From Psilocybe cubensis (taxonomy: Eukaryota), in contig CM039002.1 in assembly GCA_017499595.2 (NCBI GenBank), positions 3,286,001 to 3,350,000 of the forward strand: 64,000 nucleotides of DNA, written 5' to 3'. The notes under the pieces are model-generated. The model saw only the letters and a list, made by a program, of their open reading frames with translations, had not been told where the DNA came from and did not search any database. Made by a program: the position numbers and the translations under genes. Below are positions 1-10,490 of the stretch, piece by piece (position 1 is the first letter of the stretch; every line of letters begins with the position of its first letter).

Positions 1-586
1 TGCTGGCCTGTCGGCAGATACTGGACCAACAACGCGGTCGTGCAGCGCTACTCATGGGTGGAATAGTAGGACGAATCGCCAAAGAGTATCTGAGCACAGA
101 GTCTGTTCTCCAGGGCCCATCAGTGGAATTGCTGAGAAATGGACGCGGATATGTCGCTAATCCAGAGGCCGAGTTGCTGGCTTACTGCGATGACGGGCTT
201 ACAGAACACGATATTGCGATTATTATCGGGTCGTATTCTCTCATGACGGGTAAGTGTTCACTACATTTAACTGATCGCTCTATTTAATGTCGTTTTTAGA
301 TTTTAAAAATCAGGTCGGAGTCAAGTCTTGGTTTCCTCCCCCGGCGGTATGGAATGAAATCGACAGGAATGGGATAGGATGGCTGGAATGGACTGAACGC
401 AACGAGTACTGGTACCAGACTAGGCTGGAATTAATTCGAAATGGCAAAGCGCAACCTTTAACGCTTCAAGACTGGAAGAGCCTTCTCAAAAATAAGCCAG
501 TCCGTGTTCTAAGGGAATCGGTGCGAGCTCGATCAGCGGCATTTGTCCATGAACATATCCCCGTAACCAGGAATCCTCGTAGATAG
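1..586 (+). CDS. 3' part of a hypothetical transposon-associated protein (2 visible exons, intron 250-299)
   Basis: GTAAGT...TTTAG intron joins ORFs 54..287 and 287..586 in frame. The C-terminus SWFPP..W..WLEWTERNEYWYQTRL..GKAQP..DW resembles proteins seen in agaricomycete transposon clusters. Confidence 0.6.
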
Positions 587-917
587 GTAGCACATTTTTC
601 TTGTTTCTTCATTCACGGATCTACACCACTACTCACAGTCTATTTTTGCCTTCGTACATACTACAAAACAAATTTTATGTATACTATCTATATTTCTTCG
701 TACAAACTATTGGTCAGATATCATGTATACCACGGAAAAAATTGTTTGGACCTGCATCGAAACATGTGTGAATCAATTCTGAGCCCAAAAAACATAAAAA
801 AAACATGAGATTGCTTACAGTAAGCCGGTTAGGCCAATCAAAACTCCGCTAAGTTTTGAACTCCGACACCGCGCCCTATCACGCCTGAGGTTGATGTCTG
901 CACTCTCCTTATTCGCT

Positions 918-1214
918 CTACCCAGGCTCATTGCTCGGGTCAGAACGAATCGGTGGCTCGCTATCCAGGCTCATTGCCGGGATAAGAGCTTCCTATCCAC
1001 TGTCCAGGCTCATTGCTAGGACAAGGATTTTCTACCCCCTATCCAGGCTCATTGCTGGGATAAGGGTGTCGTTCGCCTGCCCAGGCTCATTGCTTGGGCA
1101 AGGATATCCCCCCTATCCAGGCTCATTGCTGGGATAAGGGTATCGTTACTCTGCCCAGGCTCATTGCTTGGGCAAGGATTTTCTACTCCCTATCCAGGCT
1201 CATTGCGTGGATAG
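918..1214 (+). repeat. Array of 8 hairpin-forming units with invariant core CCAGGCTCATTGC (period 36-43 bp)
   Basis: Core starts at 922, 965, 1004, 1043, 1081, 1117, 1155 and 1194. Bases flanking the core differ between units but stay mutually complementary. Confidence 0.9.
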
Positions 1215-1237
1215 TTGTACTTCAGCAGGCCGTAATT

Positions 1238-4200
1238 ATGTCCGACGAAAAAAGACCCTGCTTAGGGTGCCATAAACTCTTCGTACCAGGTCGCTCCTTG
1301 AAGCAGCATACCAACAAATGTAAAAAATATCCTGCTGCAATGAGCAAGGTCCTGAAGGGGTTCCAGGAAAACTTCAGCAGGCAGAATCAGAACAGTAATG
1401 TTGCCAGTGGTTCTTCGCACCAGGCAACCCTTAATAATGAGCCCGGGCCTATGGACGTTGATGTCCATCATGAGTATCTCGATGTGGATATGGTACCACC
1501 TCCAATGCCCCCTGCGCCTCCACCTAAATCACCAACACCACCACCACATCCCCCGACACCACCACCTCCCATTGAACGGCCCAGAGGACTTCCTCCACGC
1601 GTTATTAGATTGCCACAGCGCTTCCAAGACGAGGTCCCACCCGAACCTCCTCTAATTATACCACCAGTCGTGGAGGAGGAACCACCTCAGCCTCAGGAAC
1701 CTCCATCTGTGGAGAGTCTGTATCGAACACCAATGAATGGCTATGGGATATTTCGAGAGTATACCTATGGTCCCCCTTCTATTACTCCTGACGAACATTT
1801 CACACTGTCATCAGTGTCCGATTCTCCAAATATTGCCAAAGACCCAGCCGACTCTTTGAGAAAGGCGTCAGAGGGAACACCAATGGCCCTACCTTCGGAT
1901 TGGTCCTTGGATTCTGAGCCAAAAGACGACAAGAGCTTGCTATTCAAAAATCGTTCTACTCAACTTATCATGTCTTGGTTTTACAACGGCCACGGTACTA
2001 AATCCTACGCTGATACCGACAAATTGATTCACCAAGTCGTACTGGACCCGGATTTTGACCCCAAGGACTTTGATTCCTCCTTTTCTACTGCTCGAGAGGC
2101 AGCGCGTCTGGACGAAATCTCCACCCAAAAAAATTCTACAGATCCTACTTTGTCAGAAGTGTGTCGACCGGAAGCTGGGTGGATCAAGGGCAGCTTTTCA
2201 ATACCAGTGCCATGCGACGGTTTCATATTCGATTCGGAAGAGGAGGCTCCTCAATTTGTTGTTGAAAACGTCATGTATCGAAAACCTCTAGAAGTTATCA
2301 AACAGGCCTTTGCAGAATGCACCTCTGAGACGTATACGACCATACCGTACAGAGAATTTTGGCGTCCCTCACCCGACGAACCACCCGAACGCTTATTCTC
2401 AGAGTCCTACGTGGCGGACATTTTCAATGAAGAGTATGAAAAGATCAAGTCAGAGCCACGCACAGGTCCCCACAGACACCTGGAGCCCTTTGTCGTTGGT
2501 ATCGGGATTTTTTCAGATTCTACCCACCTGACCAGTTTTGGCGATGCTTCTATATGGCCGATCCTTATGTATATCCTCAACCAGTCAAAATACACCAGAG
2601 GGAAACCTAAAGAATTCGCTGCGCACCATATTGCGTATATCCCTAAAGTAAGTTTGTATTGACTGGCATGTACTATTCATATTAACGTTTGGGTCATAGC
2701 TCACAGACACTTTTCAAGATTGGCATCAGCGACAGTTTGGCAAAGCTGCGACATCTGAAATGCTCACCCATATGAGACGCGAGGTCAATACAGGCGTCTG
2801 GGGGCTATTACTTGATGAGGATGTCAAACGAGCGTATGCTGAAGGAGAGGCCGTAGAACTGGCCGACAGAGTATGTCGAGCTATGTATCTCCGTTTTATT
2901 TTTAGTTCAAATGACTACCCCGAAAAGTAAGTCAACATTTACTCGTTATTTCGTTTGATAACTAATGTACAAGCAGAATGCTGCAGTCCTGCTGCAAGTG
3001 TCGCGGCACTTGCTTGTGTCCACGTTGTTTAATTCAAACTATGAATGTCCCAAAGGTTGGATCAAAGATGGATATGCGAAACCGGCTCAAGCTAGCTCGC
3101 GTTGACAGCGAAACTCGTCAATTTGACATCGAAACTGCCCGTAAAGCATTGTTCTTGGGGAAAAAGGTTAACAGCAAGGCGGTTAATGGCTTGCTGCAAC
3201 AGACCTCTGCTTTTCCAACTCGGGTATATTTTTATTTCCTCATATCTACGTATTTTGTCTAAGAATATTACATAGAACGCTTTTTCCAAGGCTTTATTTG
3301 AATATGGCTTCAACTTTTATCGGATGTTTACTGTCGACTTCATGAACGAAGTGGAACTGGGTGTCTGGAAGGCCCTATTTAGTCACCTACTCCGGATTCT
3401 TTATACCTCTAGCAACCAGAACGCCATTGCAACTCTGAACGAAAGGTATTGTCGTGATATCTCGATTCTTACTCAAACTAACTATAGATTTAGATACCGC
3501 CAAGTCTCCCCTTTCGGCCTCACAACTATCCGACGTTTTGCTAGGAATGCTTCAGATATGAAGAAACTGGCAGCACGGGATTTTGAAGATCTCCTTCAGG
3601 TAGGCCTCAATTGCGTGTGATGTTTGATTTTAATTATTAATGATTCCATAATAGTGCTCTATACCAGTCTTTGAGGGCTTGTTGCCAGAACCTGCACACA
3701 ATAAAATTATTCAAAACCTCTTGTTTGAAATGGCGACATGGCACGCCCTAGCCAAGCTTCGACTTCACACCGATACCACTCTGGACGAGTTGGGGAATTC
3801 GTGTACTCGGTTATGTGATCTCCTTCGTCAGTTCCAAAAGGAGGTTTGTAGTCAGTACGCCACTCGCGAGCTTCCATCAGAAACAGCCGCGAGAGGAAGA
3901 AGACAGGCAGCCAAGGCCAAAAAGGCAGCGAGTGCGGGTCTGCCAGTACCTCCGACTCAACCCAATGAACCCAAGACCCGCACGTTCAATATGCAAACGT
4001 ACAAATTGCATTCCCTTCCCGATTACGTCGATTCCATTCGCCAATTTGGCACCACTGACGGCACGAGCACTCAAATGGGCGAAAGCGAGCACAAGAGAGC
4101 GAAACTCTTCTACAAACGGGTCAAGAAAGGTGATCATATTCGAGGTATCGCCAAACACATCTACCGAGAACGTGTGGTACACCGCACTAACCGTGTCGAG

Positions 4201-5415
4201 ATACGCAAGCTGCTGCGTGAGGACAGGGAGTTACTGGAGCCCACTCCTCCTGATTTACATTATCACATCTCATCAGACGTGCGTCGAAAGTTAGATATAC
4301 TACCCTGGATGTCACAAAACCAAAACGATCCGGCGACAAGGGTAAGCCGGATTTTTCGCTTGTTTTTATATACTCAATGTCGTATTTAGGACTTTATGCT
4401 TCGTCTCAAAACTCACCTTTATGCCCGCTTATCAGGGGTAAACGAATTCAGTGATAGCATTGGTACCCATGAGCAACTCCAAATCACAATACTCGGTGAC
4501 CGAATTTACGAACATCAGGTTCTACGCATCAACTATACTTCATATGATATGCGTCGAATACAAGATACCTTGAAGCCAAACTCTTCCCGATGTGACATCA
4601 TGGTACTCGCTAGCAACAAAGGTGCAGATCAGCAGGTTCATCCTTATTGGTATGCCCGTATCATTGGAATCTACCACGCCAATGTGGTAATATCTACCCC
4701 TGATGATTACTACCGTGCCTCCAAGCACAAAGTGGATTTTCTTCATGTCCGATGGCTGGGTGTTTGTGAAGATTGCCATTACGGTTGGAAATATAGAAGG
4801 CTTCCACAGTTGGCGTTTGGTGATATCAATGACTCTGCGTCGTTTGGTTTTGTGGACCCATCCCTCGTACTTCGTGCAACCCATTTGATCCCTCGCTTCA
4901 TTCTTGGAAAAATACCGACTCTCGGCCCATCTGTAGCTTATAGAAGCAAAGAAAATAATGAAGGGGAAGAATGGGAGAGAAATTATGTCAATTTGTGAGT
5001 ACATTTAGTCACTTCTTACCTTTTACTAATTTTTTACAGTTTTGTGGATCGCGACATGGTCATGCTGTACAGAGGGGGTGGAGTTGGCCACGCTAGCACG
5101 CGAGCCGCTACCGATTCTCTTAGGCAAGACCAACGTGCAGACGACATTGCCTCTCGCAAAAAACGCCGCGAGGCACATGAAGCTCCCGATCCTGATCTGG
5201 AACCAGATGGGGCCTCAGACCAGGAGCAAGACGCTCAGGACCAGGCTGAAGTGGCACCTGAAAACAGCGCCGATTCTGATGACAATGAAGACGACAGCGA
5301 CCAGCATACCGATTCTGAAGAGGAGGAGGAGGAGGAGGAGGAGGAGGAGGAGGAGGAAAGCGACGAGGATGAGGACCGGGGTGACCTCGATGAACTCGGG
5401 TTCGCTGAATACTAA
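1238..5415 (+). CDS. Plavaka-type (CMC-related) DDE transposase, multi-exon
   Basis: N-terminal C2HC finger (CLGC..H...C) and Pro-rich linker. Motifs IFSDSTHLTSFGDASIWP, SSNDYPEK, CLCPRC, EVELGVWK, YKLHSLPDY, STQMGESEH, YWYARIIGIYH, FGFVDP..VLRATHLIP, then an acidic tail. Introns e.g. 2648-2699 and 2927-2976 restore the frame. Confidence 0.88.
5318..5357 (+). repeat. (GAG)n microsatellite encoding the poly-Glu tail of the transposase
   Basis: Direct reading of the sequence. Confidence 0.9.
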
Positions 5416-5635
5416 CTGTAGCTTTATGTGAGTCTGTCGTTGATTCTCTTGTACCTCTACTAACACCTTTTTAGATGTATCCTTGTCTTGGCGAGTAATA
5501 CACAATACTTTTCTTGATTTTCGCGTGATTCGGTAAGGAAATGTATTGATATTTAACTGAAATTTTATTGTAACATCCCTATACATCGCTGTACGCCCTT
5601 TGGGCTCTACTCTCTCATTGTGCAACTACGTATGT

Positions 5636-5748
5636 GTGCCTTACCCCCCTCACATCAACCCTCATACACCACCTTAGCTGCAGCCCGACACGTGCCTTAC
5701 CCCCCTCACATCAACCCTCATACACCACCTTAGCTGCAGCCCGACACG
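5636..5748. repeat. 56-bp tandem duplication (2 copies)
   Basis: GTGCCTTACCCCCCTCACATCAACCCTCATACACCACCTTAGCTGCAGCCCGACAC at 5636 and 5692. Confidence 0.9.
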
Positions 5749-5835
5749 ATACCGCCCTTATATTTCAGCGATAAGGACAGCACCGAGCATCGCCCCCAAC
5801 CCAGTTCCGCAGCCTATTTCGACCTGGACGTGCCT

Positions 5836-6290
5836 GGCGCGCGCCACGCGTGTGCTGCGTATGCGTGCGCCACGCTTTTGAGGCGTATGCGTGCGCCACG
5901 CGTGTGCTGCGTATGCGCGCGCCACGCGTTTGATGCGCGCCACGCGTTTGATGCGTATGCGCGCGCCGCGCGTTTGATGCGCGCGCCACGCGTTTGATGC
6001 GCGCGCCACGTGTTTGATGCGCGCGCCACGTGTTTGATGCGCGCACCACGCGTTTGATGCGCGCGCCACGCGTGTGATGCGTATTGCGCGCGCCACGCGT
6101 GTGATGCGTATTGCGCGCGCCACGCGTGTGATGCGTATGCGCGCGCCACGCGTGTGATGCGTATGCGCGCGCCATGCGTGTGTTGCGTATGCGCGCGCCA
6201 CGCGTGTGTTGCGTATGCGCGCGCCACGCGTGTGTTGCGTATGCGCGCGCCACGCGTGTGTTGCGTATGCGCGCGCCACGCGTGTGTGTG
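5836..6290. repeat. CpG-rich, largely alternating purine-pyrimidine minisatellite (18-25 bp units built on GCGCGCCACGCGT)
   Basis: About 20 variants of GCGCGCGCCACGCGTGTGTTGCGTAT / GCGCGCGCCACGCGTTTGAT. Confidence 0.92.
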
Positions 6291-6426
6291 TTCGTCCAGA
6301 TACAAAGAGGCGTCGATACGGGGAGGGAGGGGTATACATGGATGTGTTTTGAAAAATAAAACTTGATTTCATTGTACACGCGTCACGGTAAACTCAGAGT
6401 GCCTGTCGAACGGGCCCTTTATTCCA

Positions 6427-6937
6427 TCATCTCAACGTCCTGATCATCCCCCTCCCCATCGCGCATCTCAACGTCGCTGTCTTCGACGGTCCCCGAGTCC
6501 TCGATACGATTTTCGACTGCGACAACCTGTTCCTCCCGCTCTCGAATTTCGCCGTGGGTCGAAACGACGGGTTCGGTGTCGACTCGCCCGGTCGCGGGCT
6601 CTTCTACGCTGACAACGATCTCGACCTTGTTGTCGGTATCGACGTTGACGCCGATTTTTGCGTGCCCGTTGCGGCCATCGACGGCGACGTTGAGCCTGAG
6701 GCCGTCGCGATCGATCGCGAGGCCGAATTGTACTCCTTGGGGTGCAAAAAAAAATTAACAGTGAGTACTTACTTTGAATATTGAAGACTCACCTTGCTCA
6801 TCCATTTGTCGTCTTCCGTTAACTCTTGTTATGCCGTTAGAAAGCTGTGGTGACTTGCTGGCGCGCTGTGGCGGGTTTGGTGGTGGTGGTGGTGGTGGTG
6901 GTGGTGGTGGTAGTTGAAAAGAAGCACGCGCCGCCAT
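6427..6937 (-). CDS. Small hypothetical protein (~150 aa, poly-Pro N-terminus, 2 exons)
   Basis: MAARASFQLPPPP...MDEQG, then a GTGAGT...CCAAG intron (~6793-6738), then VQFGLAIDRDGLRLNVAVDG...MIRTLR*. The (GGT)n run on + encodes the poly-Pro. Confidence 0.5.
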
Positions 6938-7972
6938 CGTTGATGACTGCGGCGCGCTTTTCCACGCCCGTTTTGGTCATCGTCGTCGACGATGAGCTCG
7001 ATATCGACGAATTTTGAACGGATTAATGTAGTTATTACATGTATACGTAGAGAAATATAACGCTTACCGTGATTGGAACTTCGTTTGAGCGATCGTATGT
7101 TATATTTAACACACGCGCCGGGCCAAGACATACGGCCCCTATGTCGCCCGGTTATGTAATGTCCGGTCAACCGGACTTGTCGTAAACATACGAAAATTCT
7201 TACTTGATTTTGCAGGGTAAAACAAATAATTGTTTGGATATTGTAAAGCTAATAAAAATATTACTTAACATTGTAAACCGGGCCCCGAAATTTGGGTGCA
7301 TTTGTAAGACAAAAAATTTATTGTATTGGTTTACATTGCTTTGTAATCTACTGTCTGTTTAGTTGATGTAAACAATAGTGCTTTACCTTCAAGCTCTGCT
7401 CTGTGTGCAAGCATGTTTCGCACTAGCAAGTACAGTCATCAGAGCGGTGGAAATGAAAGTGGAAAGAAAGGGACTGGGGGCCGTGTCGTGAATATGTCTC
7501 AAGTTATTATACAGAAAACTGAGGTTCAATCTCCAATTTAATTTGTACATGGACTGGCGTGGTTTTGCGGAAATTGACTCGACTTGACGTCATGTAATAA
7601 TGCTACGGTCAGCAAAATTTCTCCTTGCAAAATCATTTTGTGTGAATTGCAATCCCTGTAATCGTTTGGATGGATGTAAATTTGAATTCAAGGTTTTGTG
7701 CTTTGTTTCTATTGTTGTTCAATGTTTTTTGTAATGTTTTATGGCAAATAAATGATTAAAAATTGACTTTAAGCATACGAAATCATTTTTAATAAATTTC
7801 GAGGTTCACAAATGTTTGTAGAGTCTCAAAATGCCCTCCAAATGTTTGCGGCGCCTCCAAATTTTGTTCAAATGTTTCGTGGGAAATTATCGTGTCACAT
7901 GAAACATTGACCTACCGTAAAAGGCATCAAAGGCATTTGGGGGTCTGGTCACTTTTGCCGATGTCCACCTTG

Positions 7973-9931
7973 GGCAATTGCTAGAAGCTCTTGAAGTCGT
8001 TATACGGTCTCAAACAAGCAAGCCTCATTTGGTATCAACTCCTTTGCAAAACCCTTGAAGCCCTTGGTTTCCTTCGCTCAGAACAAGATCACGCTGTCTT
8101 CTTCTTCAATCGCATCTGGAACGGAAAGTGAGTTCACTGCCTTCTCGCAATGCACGTCGATGATGGTCTGGGTGCCTCCAACTGCGGCGAATTCCTCAGT
8201 CATCTCAAGATCGAGATAGGGAAAGCTTTTGGCATCAAGGACCTCGGCCCTGTCAGATGTTTTCTCGGTGTCTACTTTGAACACAATCGCGCTACATGCG
8301 AATTGTGGTTGCACCAAGAATCTTTCATAGAATCCCTCCTTACTGAATTCGATCTTACCAACTGTAATCCCGTGAAAACTCCACTCGATCGAGATAATCC
8401 TTTAGGTTCTGGGGACGAATCGTCAACACTAGACAACATTCCCGACCTCAAACGAACATACCAACACCTCATCGGCTCCCTACTGTTTCTTCAGATGAAC
8501 ACCCGACCCGATATTGCGTATGCTGTACAACTCCTATCCCAACACTGCTCCAATCCTTCATCTCATCACTTTAATGCTGCAAAACGCGTCCTACGCTACC
8601 TGAAAGGGACAAAATCCTTTCGACTCCATTACGATGGAAAGAATTGCAACATCCCTTTAACGGGCCTCTCTGATGCTGACTGGGCAGGTGAGAAACACGA
8701 CCGTGCTTCAATCTCCGGGTTCGTGTGGTCGATGGCAGGTGGCCCCATCTCCTGGTCCTCCAAGAAACAAACTTGCATCGCCTTGTCCTCCACCGAAGCC
8801 GAATATGTTGCGCTCACTCGCTCCGTACAAGAGCAAGGGGGTGCCGGGGTTCAAAAAAAAAACACGACCTCATATTTTTTATTTCGAGGTAATTTGGGCA
8901 ACCTACCTACCTCGTGACCATTACATAACGATCAAAATCGCCTAAAATGGGAATTGCCAAGGGCCAAGACATTGAAAAGTTGGGGTTCTGGGGTTACAGA
9001 GGGAGGCAGCTGGCTCGGAACATTGTCGGTTGTTGTAGTCTCGCAAAGTGGAGTGTATTTGGGTAGGATTACTGGAAGAGTTGTTGTAGTAGGTACACGG
9101 ACTAATGCTAGTCCTCGTTTCATAAAAAAACCTTTGAGTGACAAGTCCTTCAACTTGGGCTTTGTGGATAGCTTTGCTGCTGCGGCTTTACATTTGGCTG
9201 TTCCTCGATGGCGTAGATTTAGGTTCTTTGACCCTCCGGGACCACACTTAATAGCCTTTTGGCAGTCAGGGCAGATTGCGTACCCATCCGCCAGATTGAG
9301 CAGTCGTCCAGACGGTAAATCAATGATCTTAGTAAATCAATGATCTCAGTCAAAATCAGGTCAAATATCTGTGTTGCTTGAAGCCCGGCCACCTATCATG
9401 AAGATTTTAACCTGAATTTCAACGAGATTGGTATTGTGTTTGTTTAAAAAACATAATTTGTCTATGAAATACAGTCCAAAATGCTCTAAACTTGATCACA
9501 GACAACTTTGGACCGTGAAATTCCTCAGAAATTAGACAAAAAAAATATGGTACAATTTTTTTTTTTTCGGGGCTGATCGGCCAACCTACCTACCTAGGTG
9601 GTGTCCAAATTTTGAACACCGGCACCCCCTTGTACAAGAGGGCATCTGGCTTCAACAAGCCTTTAAACAAATATTCATTCCATGTCCTTCACCACTCGTC
9701 CTCTCAACCGACAACAACAGTGCAAAATCACTCGCCGAAAATGACTCCAATCACGGAAAAGCCAAACACATTGACATCCGTTATCATTTCATTCGCTCCC
9801 ACGTAGAATCAAACTCTTTTTCCATTTTACATATTCCTGGTATTCTTAACACCGCTGATATTTTCACCAAGCCCCTTGCCCAAGTTGTCTTTCAAGGACA
9901 CGTCGAACGACTCGGGCTCGCAGCTCGCTGA
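7973..9931 (+). pseudogene. pol: Copia pol fragment, disrupted
   Basis: In-frame stops TAG 7982 and TGA 8129, and interruption by a TIR element. Confidence 0.88.
8834..9632. mobile_element. Non-autonomous TIR DNA transposon (799 bp, 8-bp TSD; hAT-like)
   Basis: TIR CAAGGGGGTGCCGG(G/T)GTTCAAAA at both ends. TSD TACAAGAG at 8826-8833 and 9633-9640. Internal minus-strand remnant with a CPDC..C..H..C zinc-finger-like motif. Confidence 0.93.
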
Positions 9932-9938
9932 GGGGGGC

Positions 9939-10119
9939 TGTTGGAGTTCATCTCGTCTCTTCACTCTGCGTCACATGTCATGTTCCTCTTTCACACGTCA
10001 ACCCCTGTTTATCCTTATTTACTTTCTCGCCAGTGTAGAACTTAGCGTTTCCTCGTTCTCACATACCTCAGTTGTTCTTCCATCAAGACACTGAGATACA
10101 TCATCTATAGACTCCAACA
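9939..10119 (+). repeat. Copia 3' LTR (181 bp)
   Basis: Begins TGTTGGAGT, ends ACTCCAACA, and immediately follows the PPT. Confidence 0.88.
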
Positions 10120-10483
10120 GTCCCGGCACAAAAGGGGAAGAAAGCAAAACCCATGGTGGTTTCAAAGGCGCTGACCACTCGGTGAGAAATATATATCTTC
10201 TTACGTATAACTTATATTGATTTGTTTGCATTTTTGTTTGCATTTAGAAATCTTTTCGCACTCAATTACCAGAAGACGCACCCTAATATCACTGCTGCAG
10301 AGTTTAAGAAGGTTTATGAGAATCTCGACAGGGATATTATCAAGGTACATTTATTCCTTTGTTTGTCTGCACTAGAAACGGCGGCAACGCTAACCACACT
10401 TCTATTAGAAATATGAGATTCTTAGTAAGGAAAGAAAAGCAGCATCAAAGGCGCCAGCAGCTATTACAACAAGTGCTGCGTAA
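10120..10483 (+). pseudogene. 3' exons of an HMG-box-like protein gene cut off by the copia insertion
   Basis: Spliced reading ...KALTTR|NLFALNYQKTHPNITAAEFKKVYENLDRDIIK|KYEILSKERK resembles an HMG-box helix pattern. Confidence 0.55.
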
Positions 10484-10490
10484 GTGGCTC

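Larger units (their letters stand above)
7973..10119 (+). mobile_element. 5'-truncated Ty1/copia LTR retrotransposon (RT-RNase H remnant, PPT, 3' LTR)
   Basis: KSLYGLKQA, MHVDD, TRPDIAYAV, SDADWAG, ALSSTEAEY. After removing the 8834-9632 insertion the frame continues KHIDIRYHFIR...NTADIFTKPL to TGA 9929-9931. PPT GAGGGGGGC precedes the LTR. Confidence 0.93.

Noticed and set aside
918-1214. CRISPR array
   Set aside because: Eukaryotic intron-containing context, no cas genes, a constant part of only 13 bp, and spacers related to each other; better explained as a hairpin array.
931-1237. ORF 931..1137 and the N-terminal extension of ORF 1094..2662
   Set aside because: Translation of the repeat array from non-ATG starts; the first ATG of the transposase frame is at 1238.
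5758-6379. Several 160-204 aa Arg/Ala/His-rich ORFs
   Set aside because: By-products of a stop-free minisatellite that is open in many frames.
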